This document shows, piece after piece, positions 12,144 through 24,799 of a DNA stretch of 64,000 nucleotides. Position 1 is the first letter of the stretch, and each line of letters starts with the position of its first letter. The notes beneath the pieces are model-generated. The model was not told the origin of the DNA. It ran no database searches and saw only the letters and a list, made by a program, of their open reading frames with translations. A program made the position numbers and the translations under genes. This DNA is from Heptranchias perlo (taxonomy: Eukaryota), in NCBI RefSeq assembly GCF_035084215.1, contig NC_090328.1, positions 21,638,001 to 21,702,000 on the forward strand, given 5' to 3'.

Positions 12144-13294
12144 GGGGGAGGTGAGTCCCACACATCCTGTTGGACTGTGAATAGATCAGTTGAAATGCTA
12201 GAAAAATGGACCAAACTTGAAAAGAAAAAATTTGCAGGGCTATGACAGGAATAAGGTGGCGGAGTGGGATGAGCTGGATTGCTCTTGCATAGAGCTGGCA
12301 CGGACTCGATGGGCTGAATGGCCGCCTTCTATGCTGTAACCTTTCTATGATTCTATGACTCCCACAGATCCACGTTTTTTTTACCAACTGTCATGCAGAA
12401 TGACCGCAGCATAACATGGACATGTGTTCAATTTTCTGCTGTGTAAGCTACTAATTTGGTACGATGAATGAGATGAGCCAGACAATGTAGTTTTTTAGGT
12501 GCACAGTTATATATTCCTTTGGAAGAGACAGATCAAGAATGCAAATCATCTGAAATGAATTGAAATGTTCACTGCCAGAATCAAATGGTTCACTTTTGAG
12601 CTTTTAAAGCCAATTGCTATTAAAATATCACATAAGGGAAAGTAGATCAGAATGGTTGGCAGGGGTTACCTTTCTGTCGTAATATCGGTCAAGGTAAGTT
12701 TGAACACCAGTTTGTGCAGATTAATTGAAAACTTGTGTTTAAACTTAATAAAAGAGGTTGAGGACAGTAATAATCTGAACATATATATCCTCAACAGTAT
12801 CCAAGTGTTAAACACAAAGTTTGTCAGCTACTAGACGATCCCTCTCTGATCTGTAGCTTGCAGCCTCTCTTTCTGTCATAACCTTTCTTCTTTATCTTTG
12901 TTAATATTACCGTGTTAGTGCTCCTCTGTACTTTCCTCTCTTGTTTCTCCTGAGTTGCAAATACACTGTTCTACTCGCTCTTTTCATTCTTACATCCTCA
13001 CAGTCTCCTACTCTAGCTCATTCTTTCCCAAAATCTCAGAACTCCTTATTTCCCTCAGGTTTTTCCATCCTCCTACAATCTTCAGCCTTTTAAAACTCCT
13101 ACTTAGTGTCAACTGATCACTGCTCCCTTATTTACATTATCTTCACTCTTCCTCTTTTCAAGTATGTTCTGTTCTATGGACCTTAGCCCTTCATCTTGGT
13201 TTCTCAATTTAAAATAATTCTGGTAAAGTTTAGTGTGACAGCTTCCCACCTTGCTGTTGAACTTCAGAGAGTAACAGAGACTGTAGTAGGTAAC

Positions 13295-13590
13295 TTTTGT
13301 TAGGACCATTTTGGTGCTGTGCGAGGAATGGAAACCTGATTAGAGGGATTCAAACATGGAGTCACGAGAGAAGTGGCATGGATCCAGGAGGTGACAGCAA
13401 ATTCAAAGAATTTGGAGAGGAAAGGGGGAGATAGTTCACAAAGATAGAGGGAGGGTGGTATTTTTGAGGAGGATGGTGGTTTTGAAAGGGAGGGGGATAG
13501 TGCCTGAGGAGAGGGAACCATTTACAATGTCAGCTAGGGTGTGAGACCAGGAAGGGAAGTTGGGTGGTCAGCAGTTTTGTGGGAATGAGT
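13295..13590 (-). mobile_element. L2-type LINE fragment
   Basis: Purine-rich; reverse strand resembles the L2 RT N-terminal region (PSLSKPP...PPFLSKFFE...LNPSNQ). Confidence 0.55.
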
Positions 13591-15070
13591 CTTTCTTTCA
13601 GTGTGAGTTCTTTCTTTTAGGAGTAGAGGGTAACCTAGTGAGGGCTAATCTGCCCAAAGATTGTTTTTAAAAGTGAGTCCCACTTACTTTTTTAAAGTTT
13701 GTATCTTTGGTTTATTAAGCAGTTAAAAAGCCTGAATGTGCTCAGTCTCATTTCATGTATTCTATTTGTTTGAATGTTAAAAATGAAATTGTAGTGCCAT
13801 CTCTTGGCTATTGTTAACAGTGCACTGGAACGCAGTTAAAACTAGCTCTGCACATTGGTCAACCAACACAACCACCTTTAGTGATCACTTCCTTTTAACT
13901 TAGATGAAAACCTAATTCCTGGGCGGCTCCACATGGCTCAGTGAATAGCTGAGTCATACAGACAGGAAGGTCCCAGGTTTGATCCCTGGACTGTAAATCG
14001 ACTGATGTCATCCAGAATAGTGTTACAGTCCCTACCGCTCACACCATTCCTGGTTACACCAGACAGCACCCTATATCGGGCAAATGGATTTGTCGTTAAC
14101 ATAGGCATCAATTACAAAGGCGCTGCTTAAACCGTATTAAGCGCAGCGGCTATTTTGGGCAGTTCAATAAGTACTTACCCTGTACTGACCGATTTAAAAG
14201 CTTGGTGATTTCAGGCAAACTCAAGTCTTCAATCAGCTGTTTGCATTGTTAACAATTACGTGTAAGAAAATACATCAAGTTCCACACGTCCCAGTTTGTC
14301 AGTGGAGAATTCCGGCAGCTTCAGGAGTTATTTCTTTGCATTGGTATTACCGCCCGCCATGTATAGCGGGCAAATCACGTTCGCACGAACATGCCCGCTA
14401 TATGCAGTGGGGACTGCATGGCGATACAGTTGGCATCAGCATCCCCAGGTTAGATGGTGAAAAGAATTGGCCACGGTTCCCATTCCTGATTACTATCCAG
14501 TACCCCTCCCTTCTCCAATGGAGGTACATGTATATGAATGTTGCCTGAGGACAGATCAGGGTTCATTTATGCCAAATGGTCACTTGGATGAGGCACCAAT
14601 GGGCATTATGCATCCCATGTACCCACACCCCAGCAAACACTCAACATCATCTGGAGTGGAGGAGAGAGAATTGGTAGAAAAAAGAAAACCCATTTGCTAA
14701 CTGATCCCTACATGAATAACCCTCACTGTCCAGGCGGGAATGCCCTTTGATATGTCGCTGTAGAGCACAGTCACTTTCCAAGGAGGGTTAAGCATTTCAG
14801 AGAAATCAAGTTTGCAAAATTTAAATTGGAACTTTTAATTCATTAATGATAATGATTAAAAAGTATAAATATAATTCCAAATGAAACTTAGAAAGTGAAA
14901 GAAATAGAAACAAAACTAGAAATGGAAAAAGAAAAATCAGAAAGTGAAATAAAAGAAAAAAAAGTTGCTCAGAACACTTCATGTACAATGTACTACTTTG
15001 AAGTGCAGTGACTGTTATTATGTAAGGAGTCGTACAACACCAGGTTATAGTCCAACAGCTTTATTTGAAA

Positions 15071-15107
15071 TCACAAGCTTTCGGAGCTTTGCTCCTTCGT
15101 CAGGTGA
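15071..15107 (-). ncRNA. Minimal hammerhead ribozyme motif in a single-arm Penelope-like remnant (15021-15193)
   Basis: Reverse complement reads tcac CTGACGA a ggagc-aaa-gctcc GAA AGCT T gtga. Confidence 0.7.
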
Positions 15108-15753
15108 AGTGAAGAGTTACATAAAGGAACAGCATATATAGTCAGTATGCTGTGCCTTTATGTATAATAAAGGCACAGCATACTGACTATATAGGCAGAT
15201 GTACCCCTAGATCAGACGTACCACACTGGAGTGTCAGGCTAGACTATGACCTCAAACTCCTGTGGGACTCAGACTCACAACTTTCTGACACAGCTGTGTC
15301 TTAAAATATTAAAATAGAAAAGGATAGGAAAATGTTGGGGTGGGGAATCAAATTACTAATCAAAGAGGCCAAAAATCCACCTGGACCAGGAGCGTACAGA
15401 TGAAGACCATGGGGTAGAATTTCCATCCGGCTTCTCTAATCTCCTGCCGTAACTTCGGTGTAAAATCAGATTAGTTTTATATACTTACTAGTCCTGGGCC
15501 AGAAACCATTAAACAGCAGAAATAAAAAGGGGAAAAAAATTACGGATGCTGTAAATTTGAAATAAAATCAGATCTATCAGCATCTGTAAAGAGAAGAGAC
15601 AAGTTAACATTTTGAGTATATACCCTTTATCAGAACCCACTGAACAGCATTTTGATGTCAGACACTATTGCTTCCCACTGCCCATCATTGCACTTGTGTG
15701 GATTAGGTGGGGAGGGTTACCTGAATTGAGATTGATCTGAAGGGTAGAGTTGA

Positions 15754-16723
15754 CATAAGAACATCAGAAATAGGAGCAGGAGTAGGCCATACGGCCCCTC
15801 GAGTCTGCTCCACCATTCAGTAAGATCATGGCTAATCTTCAACCTCAACTCCACTTTCCCGCCCAATCCACATATCCCTTGATTCCCCTAGAGTCCAAAA
15901 ATCTATTGATCTCAGTCTTGAATAAACTCAATGACTCAGCATCCACAGCCCTCTGGGATAGAGAATTCCAAAGACTCAACCCTATGAGTGAAGAAATTTC
16001 TCCTTATGTTTCAATGAGATCATCTCTCATTCTTCCAAACTCCAGAGAGTATAGGCCCATTCGACTTAATCGCTCCTCATAGGACAACCCTCTCATCCCA
16101 GGAATCAATCTAGTGAACCTTTGTTGCACTGTCTCTAAGGCAAGTATATTCCTCCTTAGGTAAGGAGACCAAAACTGTACACAGTACTCAAGGTGTGGTT
16201 TCACCAAAGCCCTGTACAATTGCAGCAAGATCTCCTTACTCTTGTACTCCAACCCCCTTGCAATAAAGGCCAACGTACCATTTGCCTTCCTGTACATGCT
16301 GTACCTCCATGTTGACTTTCTGTGTTTCGTGTACAAAGACACCCAAATCCCTCTGAACTTCAACATTTAACAGTTTCTCACCATTTAAAAAAATAGTCTG
16401 TTTTTCTATTCTTCCTACCAAAGTGAATAACCTCACATTTCCCCACATTATACTCCATCTGCCACCCTCTTACCCACTCACTTAACTTGTTTATATCCCT
16501 TTGCAGACTCTTTGCGTCCTCCTGACAGCTTACTTTCCCACCTAGCTTTGTATCATCAGCAAACTTGGATACACTACACTTGGTCCCTTCATCCAAGTCA
16601 TTAATATAGATTGTAAATAGCTGAGACCCAAACTCTGATCCTTGCGGCACCCCACAAGTTACTGCCTGCCAACCTGAAAATGACCCGTTTATTCCTACTC
16701 TCTGTTTTCTGTCTGTTAACCAA
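15754..16723 (-). mobile_element. CR1 LINE 3' part (RT C-terminus and 3'UTR), interrupted; resumes at ~18177-18246
   Basis: VPQGS, SKFADDTKL and HLEYCVQFWSP motifs; frameshifted; same family as 61072-63137. Confidence 0.92.
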
Positions 16724-17885
16724 ACCAAGAAGATAGATGAGGGCTGTGCAGTAGACGTGGTCTACATGGACTTCAGCAAAGCCTTTGACAAGGTACCGCA
16801 TGGTAGGTTGTTACATAAGGTTAAATCTCATGGGATCCAAGGTGAGGTAGCCAATTGGATACAAAATTGGCTTGACGGCAGAAGACAGAGGGTGGGTGCA
16901 GAGGGTTGTTTTTCAAACTGGATGCCTGTGTCCAGCGGTGTGCCTCAGGGATCGGTGCTGGGTCCGCTGTTATTTGTTATTTATATTAATGATTTGGATG
17001 AGAATTTAGGAGGCATGGTTGTAAGTTTGCAGATGACACCAAGATTGGTGGCATTGTGGACAGTGAAGAAGGTTATCTAGGATTGCAACGGGATCTTGAT
17101 AAATTGGGCCAGTGGGCCGATGAATGGCAGATGGAGTTTAATTTAGATAAATGTGAGGTGATGCATTTTGGTAGATCAAATCGGGCCAGGACCTACTCCG
17201 TTAATGGTAGGGCGTTGGGGAGAGTTATCGAACAAAGAGATCTAGGAGTACAGGTTCATAGCTCCTTGAAAGTGGAGTCACAGGTGGATAGGGTGGTGAA
17301 GAAGGCATTCAGCATGCTTGGTTTCATTGGTCAGAACATTGAATGCAGGAGTTGGGATGTCTTGTTGAAGTTGTACAGGGCATTGGTGAGGCCACACTTG
17401 GAATACTGTGTACAGTTCTGGTCACCCTATTATAGAAAGGATATTATTAAACTAGAAAGAGTGCAGAAAAGATTTACTAGGATGCTACCGGGACTTGATC
17501 GTTTGACTTATAGGGAGAGGTTGGATAGACTGGGACTTTTTTCCCTGGAGAGTAGGAGGTTAAGGGGTGATCTTATAGAGGTCTATAAAATAATGAGGGG
17601 CATAGATAAGGTAGATAGTCAAAATCTTTTCCCAAAGGTAGGGGAGTCTATAACGAGGGGGCATAGATTTAAGGTGAGAGGGGAGAGATACAAAAGGGTC
17701 CAGAGGGGCAATTTTTTCACTCAAAGGGTGGTGAGTGTCTGGAACGAGCTGCCAGAGGCAGTAGTAGAGGCGGGTACAATTTTGTCTTTTAAAAAGCATG
17801 TGGACAGTTACATGGGTAAGATGGGTATAGAGGGATATGGGCCAAGTGCAGGCAACTGGGACTAGCTTAGTGGTATAAACTGGGC

Positions 17886-18105
17886 ATGATGTGGAGATGC
17901 CGGTGATGGACTGGGGTTGACAATTGTAAACAATTTTACAACACCAAGTTATAGTCCAGCAATTTTATTTTAAATTCACAAGCTTTCGGAGATTTTCTCC
18001 TTCCTCAGGCAAACATTTGCCTGAGGAAGGAGAAAATCTCCGAAAGCTTGTGAATTTAAAATAAAATTGCTGGACTATAACTTGGTGTTGTAAAATTGTT
18101 TACAA
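17886..18105 (-). mobile_element. Penelope-like-derived palindromic insertion (family A) inside the 3'UTR of a CR1
   Basis: 90-bp arms 17924-18013 and 18016-18105; TSD gtataaactgggc at 17873-17885 and 18106-18118. Confidence 0.85.
18016..18054 (+). ncRNA. Minimal hammerhead ribozyme motif, variant (mirror copy on - strand at 17975-18013)
   Basis: tttgc CTGAGGA a ggaga-aaa-tctcc GAA AGCT T gtgaa; compensatory stem II change and G-U pairs in stem I. Confidence 0.7.
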
Positions 18106-18692
18106 GTATAAACTGGGCGACATGGACATGTTGGGCCGAAGGGCCTGTTTCCATGTTGTAACTTCTATGATTCTATACCCATGCTAATATATTACCCCCA
18201 ACCCCATGAACCTTATCTTGTGTAACAGCCTTTTGTGTGGCACCTTCCTTGACTTCAATTTGGAAGTACCTTGAGACTCATGAATATGATTTCAATTGCT
18301 CCACATGGAGGCTTTGGCAAGTTGTAAAATTGGATTCAATATGTCTGGTCATTTGTGGTCTGGCACCATGAAAAATGACCATGAAATCTGACTAGTTGTC
18401 ATAAAAACCGAACTGATTCATTAAGATCCTTCAGGGAGGGGAATGTGTCACCCCTGGTATGCCTTAGACGTGACTCCAGTCCCATACTACATAGTTCACT
18501 CCTAATGTCTGCTGAAGTGGCCTAGCAAGTCACTCAGTTGTATAAACAAAAGGCCACTACCACTTTCTCAGGACAATTTGTGATAGGCAATAAATTAATG
18601 CAACCTTACCAGCATCACCCACATCCTGAAAACACAAAGTACATTTTTTAAAATGACCTGACATTGTTTTTTTAAAATTGACTAATAACTTT

Positions 18693-19267
18693 CATAGGAA
18701 CATAGGAACAGGAGTAGGCCATTCAGCCCCTCGTGCCTGCTCCGCCATTTGATAAGAGCATGGCTGATCTGTGATCTAGCTCCATATACCTGCCTTTGGC
18801 CCATATCCCTTAATACCTTTGGTTGCCAAAAAGCTATCTATCTCATATTTAAATTTAGCAATTGAGCTAGTATTAATTGCCATTTGCGGAAGAGAGTTCC
18901 AAACTTCTACCACCCTTTGTGTGTAGAAATGTTTTCTAATCTCACTCCTGAAAGTTCTGGCTCTAATTTTTAGACTGTGTCCCCTACTCCTAGAATCCCC
19001 AACCAGAGGAAATAGTTTCTCTCTATCCACCCTATCTGTTCCCCTTAATATCTTATAAACTTCGATCAGATCACCCCTTAACCTTCGAAACTCTAGAGAA
19101 TACAACCCCAATTTGTGTAATCTCTCCTCGTAACTTAACCCTTGAAGTCCGGGTATCATTTTAGTAAATTTACGCTGCACTCCCTCCAAGGCCAGTATGT
19201 CCTTCCGAAGGTGCGGTGCCCAGAACTGCTCACAGTACTCCAGGTGTGGTCTAACCAGGGTTTTGTA
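18693..19267 (-). mobile_element. Young CR1 LINE 3' fragment
   Basis: ORF ...RFTKMIPGLQGLSYEERLHKLGLYSLEFRRLRGDL; (gttcctat)n tail; nearly identical to the 24800 and 43415 copies. Confidence 0.93.
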
Positions 19268-21111
19268 AATAAATTTTCTAAATACTGAAAAGAGGTAGCC
19301 TTGAAATTGCTGTTGACAATGTCAGCAGACAAAGCTTTAACTTACTTGTACAATATACTTCGGTCTGCTGTTTTAGGAGAGGTGTTAACCCATTTAAAGT
19401 AAAATGTTTTCCTTATTTGACAATGGCACAAATGAGAGCTGCTATGTCCCCCAGCACCAGCTGTCACTTTAAATTCTGTCTGAAATCACTTAAGAGACTG
19501 TACAGATGTAATGCTTTTTAGTTGGAGTGCCATTTTGGGGTTGAAATTCCTCTATGTGCTACTTTTGACGCACGGCTTAACATTGTTGCGTCGACCTAAA
19601 CCTAAACTGGTGCACTGAAAACAGCGTGCATCAAAATTTCAACTCCTCTGTTGTGTGAATATTGCATAAATGTCTGATGTCAACAAAAAAAAGATCTTGA
19701 ATCGTTGTTGCTGTTTGATTTCTCTTTTGGTTGCAGTAGGGACTAGCCGACAGTTGGACTGGGATGTGCCACTGTTTAGGGAGAGGTCAGGTAGCAGATT
19801 CCAAAAATAATCTTTCAGCCTCGCTCCACCCCTCTGCACGGCTGAAATATAATCTTCGTGACCCTGCCACTAGTGCCCCCATTCTGTAGCAAGAGGCCAG
19901 TCATCGTGGCCCACATACCATTTGGTGTAATGCACCACCAGGAACATTTGAACAGTATTTGAATCTTGTGTGCTCGTTGCTTCTACTATCTTGTACCTAA
20001 CCACTGGATGATTCAGTGTGAAATTCTTACGGTAGACCCAATTTTTACATCGGCAGCATTTCCTTTTACTAAGTTTTATCTCCTAGTAGAAATCGTTCCA
20101 TATTTCTTCAAATCTGCCAGGACTCTCACCCATAGTGCCAAGCAGCCTACTGCCAAACCTCCAGCAGCACTGTTTTGGTATCTCGTGCTAGCAGGCATGA
20201 GATACCACTTTGGAAGAACATCCTCATTTCATTCTTTTCAGTGAATCATAGAATCTTACCACAACAACAACTTGCATTTATTTAGTGCCTTTAATGTAGT
20301 AAAACGTCCCAAGGCACTTCACAGGAGTGTTATCAGACAAAAGTTTACCCTGAGCCGCATAAAGAGATATGACCAAAAGCTTGGTCAAAGAGGTAAGTTT
20401 TAAGGAGAGAGAGGTAGAGAGGTGGGGATGTTTAAGGAGGGAATTCCAGAACGTAGGGCCTATGCAGCTGAAGGCACAGAAGGAGACCATTCGGCCCATT
20501 GTATCTGTGCTGGCTCTCTGAAAGAGCTATCCAATTAGTACCACTCCCCTGCTCTTTCCCCATAGACCTGCATTTTCTCATTCAGGGGGACATTGCAAAG
20601 CTCTCTGTGCCCGCACACCACTTTACATTATACTTTTTAGAAAGTATGAAAGGAAGCTCCCCCACAACTTAGCTTGAGGGGGAACGGCACCAACTATCGT
20701 GGAACTGAGCAATACAAACCATGAAGGTTGTAGGCTTGGTGCCTAGTCTCTGGTGAGTCAACTAAACTTAGCCAAGATAGCAGTGTCAGTTAGGAAAGGA
20801 AAAATCAGCCAGGATCCCCAACCTAATGCCTATTCAATGATTGCTATACTGCAGGACAGAATCAAACTGGGCTGTGATGCTGCCCCATGGTCCAATAGTC
20901 TGCCAACACTCGCTGTCTAATGAGGCACCCTGCGCTCGTGGAACAATAGCCCAACAAAAGTCATCATCACCTTCTGGTGAGAATGGGTGAAAAATTGGAT
21001 GGGAGGAAGGTGCAGGAAAGGTGAAGTTCCCAGCCAGCCCACCAGGCGGGAACTCGCTACCCCGGAAGTGATTCAGATGAGGTTGATGAGGCCCGTGTGT
21101 TCTGTGTGCAG

Positions 21112-21235
21112 GTGTTGATTTACAACGAGGAGCAGTGGGACATCTACTTGAAGAAAAAACGGCGTGTGTTTCTGCTGCTGTTTCCGATGAATCCGTCGCT
21201 GGAGACAGTGGGGTTTACGAGGCTTCTGTCAAACG
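21112..21235 (+). CDS. WWC2: WWC2 coding exon
   Basis: gtgtgcag acceptor and cg|gtatgt donor. ...EEKTACVSAAVSDESVAGDSGVYEASVK, a conserved WWC motif. Confidence 0.9.
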
Positions 21236-21454
21236 GTATGTGCACTTTGTCCTGTGTTTCACAGTAGCTCAAAGATGTCGTGTGAAGAGTCACTAATTTG
21301 ATGGTTGTACGCTCGGGGGCTGAAATTCCTACGTGCTCTATTTTTAGTGCACTGGTGTGCTATTTAACAAAGTCATTCTCCAGTTTATTTTAAACACATA
21401 ACCAATTTCTAAAGATAGTACAAATGTTTCAACCCATTTGTCACAGTATTAGCA

Positions 21455-22290
21455 TCAATCAGGTTTCCACCCGAACTACGGAACTGAAACGGCCCTTATC
21501 AAAGTCACAAATGATATCCTATATGACTGTGACCATGGTAAACTATCCCTCTTCATCCTTCTCGACCTATCTGCAGCCTTTGACACGGTTGACCACACCA
21601 TCCTCCTCCAACGCCTCTCCTCCAATGTCCAGTTGGGTGGGACTGCCCTCGCCTGGTTCCATTCCTATCTATCCAATCATAGCCAGAGAATCACCTGCAA
21701 TGGCTTCTCTTCCCACTCCCGTACCGTTACCTCTGGAGTCCCCCAAGGATCTATCCTTGGCCCCCTCCTAATTCTCATCAACATGCTGCCCCTCAGCGAC
21801 ATCATCCAAAAACACAATGTCAGGTTCCTTACGCACGCGATGACACCCAGCTCTTTTTTTTAATTCATTCATGGGACGTGGGCATTGCTGGCAAGGCCAG
21901 CATTTATTGCCCATCCCTAATTGCCCTTGAGACCTCTACCTCACCACTACCTCTCTTGACCCCTCCACTGCCTCTGATTTGTCACACTGCTTGTCCGATT
22001 GGATGAGCAGAAATTTCCTCTAATTACATATTGGGAAGACCGAAACCCACCACAAACTCCGTTCCCTAGCCACCGACTCCATCCCTCTCCCTAGCCACCG
22101 TCTGAGGCTGAACCAGACTATTTGCCACCTTGGCTTCCAGCTTGATCCTGAGCTGAGCTTTCAACCCCATATCCTCTCCATCATCAAGACCACCTACTTC
22201 CACCATCGTAACATCACCAGTCTCCGACCCTACTTCAGCTCATCTGCTGCTGAAACCCTCATCCATGCCTTTGGTACCTCTAGACCCACC
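21455..22290 (+). mobile_element. L2-type LINE RT fragment
   Basis: SGFHPNYGTETALIKVTNDI...LLDLSAAFDTVDHTILLQRL...GVPQGSILGP. Confidence 0.88.
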
Positions 22291-23901
22291 TTGGGCCGGC
22301 CAGTATTTATTGCCCATCCCTAGTTGCCCTGAGAAGGTGCTGATGGGCCTTCTTCTTGAACTAATATAACTGAGTGGCTTTCTAGTGCACTTCGGAGGGC
22401 AGTTAAGAGTCAACCACATTGGTGTGGGACTGGTGTCATATACAGGCCAGACCGGGTAAGGACAGCAGGTTTCCTTCCCTAAAGGATATTAAGTGAAGCT
22501 ACTCACTGGTAGTGTGTGGCATTGCATGTCCATGAACCATCACCCCGACACATTTCTACATTGCACATTAAAGAACAAACGGTTTTCTTAGGCAGCAATA
22601 AATGAACATCGTAGAAATGAGAGAGAGAAGAAATCAGTGGTTTATGCACCTCTGATACCCAGGGGGCAATTTTAACCCACCCTACCTAGTGGGAAACAGG
22701 GCTGATGCGGAGTTAAAATTGCTCCAAAAACTTAGCACCCTGTTCTCGCTCCATTCCCGCCCATCATCGCTTTAACTGGGCCCTTATAGGCAGCTGAGGC
22801 ACCCACTTGACTCAGTAATTGGCACCACTCCATCTCTTAAAGCCCATTCCCTCTCCTTTAAGGTTCTTCAGCTCGTGTAGAATTTTTTTTCCCCCGCACC
22901 TGACATAAAAATCTTTCGGGCTCTTCTAGATTCTTTAAATGTGGCAGTTTCCTCGTCTGGTCTTGCTGCAGCAACACCACAGTTTCCTCCCTCACAGTGG
23001 CAGGATCACCATTTGTGGCGGGGATCCCAACTGGAGCATGTCCTGCAGAAGCAATGACTCCAAAACTAGGAAAATAGAAGTCCCGCCTTGTATTTCTGCC
23101 AGCGGCGAAACTGACTCGGAGGAAAATTCTACCCTCAAGTGCTGAAAAGTCATTTATCTGTTGGGGCATGTCTCTGCTGAGTCTAACCCCATTCTCACCT
23201 GATGTCCACAGGTTTACTTTCCCTGGGGTCACTCTCTGGGAGCTTCCTGTATGGCTCAGCACCACATTGGACAGTACATTTACTCACCAGGCCATTGTGG
23301 GAGGAGTGGTAATTGCTTTTTTTTTTAGTGGCAAGGCAACTTTAAAGGGGCAACCCCACAATATTGAGCTCCTAGTTGGGAGCCGTGCTCAGAAGGAGCA
23401 TGAGTCAGATATGCAATACTGTAGTCCCGATTCTACAACCTACACCTCCCTGTGAGTATGGCTTCCCACTGGGAGCATGATATTGTGGAATTATCCTTTC
23501 AATTACAAGTACTGTATCTTCCACATCTACTGTACTTACTCTAAAATCCAGCATATTACATAGAGTTACATAGAATTTACAGCATAGATACAGGCCATTC
23601 GGCCCAATAGGTCTATACCAGTGTTTATGCTCCACACGAGCCTTCTCCCACCTTACTACATCTCACCTCTATAATATGCATCTTCTTCTGTTCTTTGTCT
23701 GTTATAAGTGCAGGAGACCATGTTATACAGGATACGTGTGTGCTCCATAACCATGGGGAGTAACTTGCACACGGCTGTGACATATTCCCTGGGTAAATTT
23801 GTCATGTATTTTATGGTGGATTTTTACTGTTCCCAGTTCTCTTGTTCATCTTGTTTAGTTTATAATTTCCATTAACTTAAATTTTACAACTCCCCTGTTA
23901 G

Positions 23902-23982
23902 GCCAAGTGAAACTGAAGATGCTATTTACGATGAAGATGAGCCTTCCACACTAGAGGCAGCTCAAATCCAGATAGGACTGAA
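23902..23982 (+). CDS. WWC2: WWC2 coding exon (start of C2 domain)
   Basis: ctgttag acceptor and aa|gtaagt donor. PSETEDAIYDEDEPSTLEAAQIQIGL. Confidence 0.9.
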
Positions 23983-24555
23983 GTAAGTGCTTTTTTTAAT
24001 TCAATCTGCCTGGCTGAATTTGTGACCCTGAATTTTTTTTTCCTTTTTGTCCTCTTCCCATCAGTTTTTCCCCAGTTCTCCTGAAGCCACTGAGTCCTTG
24101 CTGAGATACAGTTCCATAGGCCCAACAGTAAATTGCCCAAGCAGGTCATTCATAATTTTGAGCATTTTGGTGCGACCTATTTGACCATGGGGATTGGGTC
24201 CTCACAGCTGAACTCAATACTACATTCTACATTTTTTCTATCTTACAGGCGCTTATATTAATGTAAATTGTTGTTATATTCACCCAACTCCTACACGCAT
24301 GCACTTTCAGTAGAAATTGCTGGATAGCGATGAGAAGCAGGAACCCTGGCTGATGTTTGCCTCCTTAACCGAGGGTGGCTAAGAGCAATTGTGATCCTGC
24401 TACAGCTGCCCCGGCTGAGATGAGTTAACTCAGCACCGGACAGGGATCAAACTTGGAACATTCTCGGTTACTCGCCACTTTAACCAGTTGAGCCTGGCCG
24501 GTATTTCCATGTCAAAATATCTGACTCTTTATTTTTCTTACTGTGTCCACAACAG

Positions 24556-24642
24556 GTATGATCCCACCAATGCGAGTTTTATTATAATCATCGTGCAGCT
24601 GAGAAATCCAGCCGCCCTACAGGTGCCACCTGGATGCAAGAT
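24556..24642 (+). CDS. WWC2: WWC2 coding exon (C2 domain)
   Basis: caacag acceptor and at|gtaagt donor. YDPTNASFIIIIVQLRNPAALQVPPGCK. Confidence 0.9.
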
Positions 24643-24799
24643 GTAAGTACTGCTCTCCGTGAAGACCCAATGCGTCCTTTCTTAAGGCAGAGCTATCAAC
24701 ATTAGAGAACGGTTAGGACTGAGATTAATTATCAAAAAGACCAACACAATGCTTGATCATCTCTGGATGTGCCTCCTTAGTTTAGATGAAGGCCATCCC

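Larger units (their letters stand above)
16724..18176 (+). mobile_element. 5'-truncated CR1 LINE nested in the previous CR1
   Basis: [16 protein letters not shown]...[10 protein letters not shown]...RPHLEYCVQFWSP with one frameshift; ttctatgattcta tail. Confidence 0.95.
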
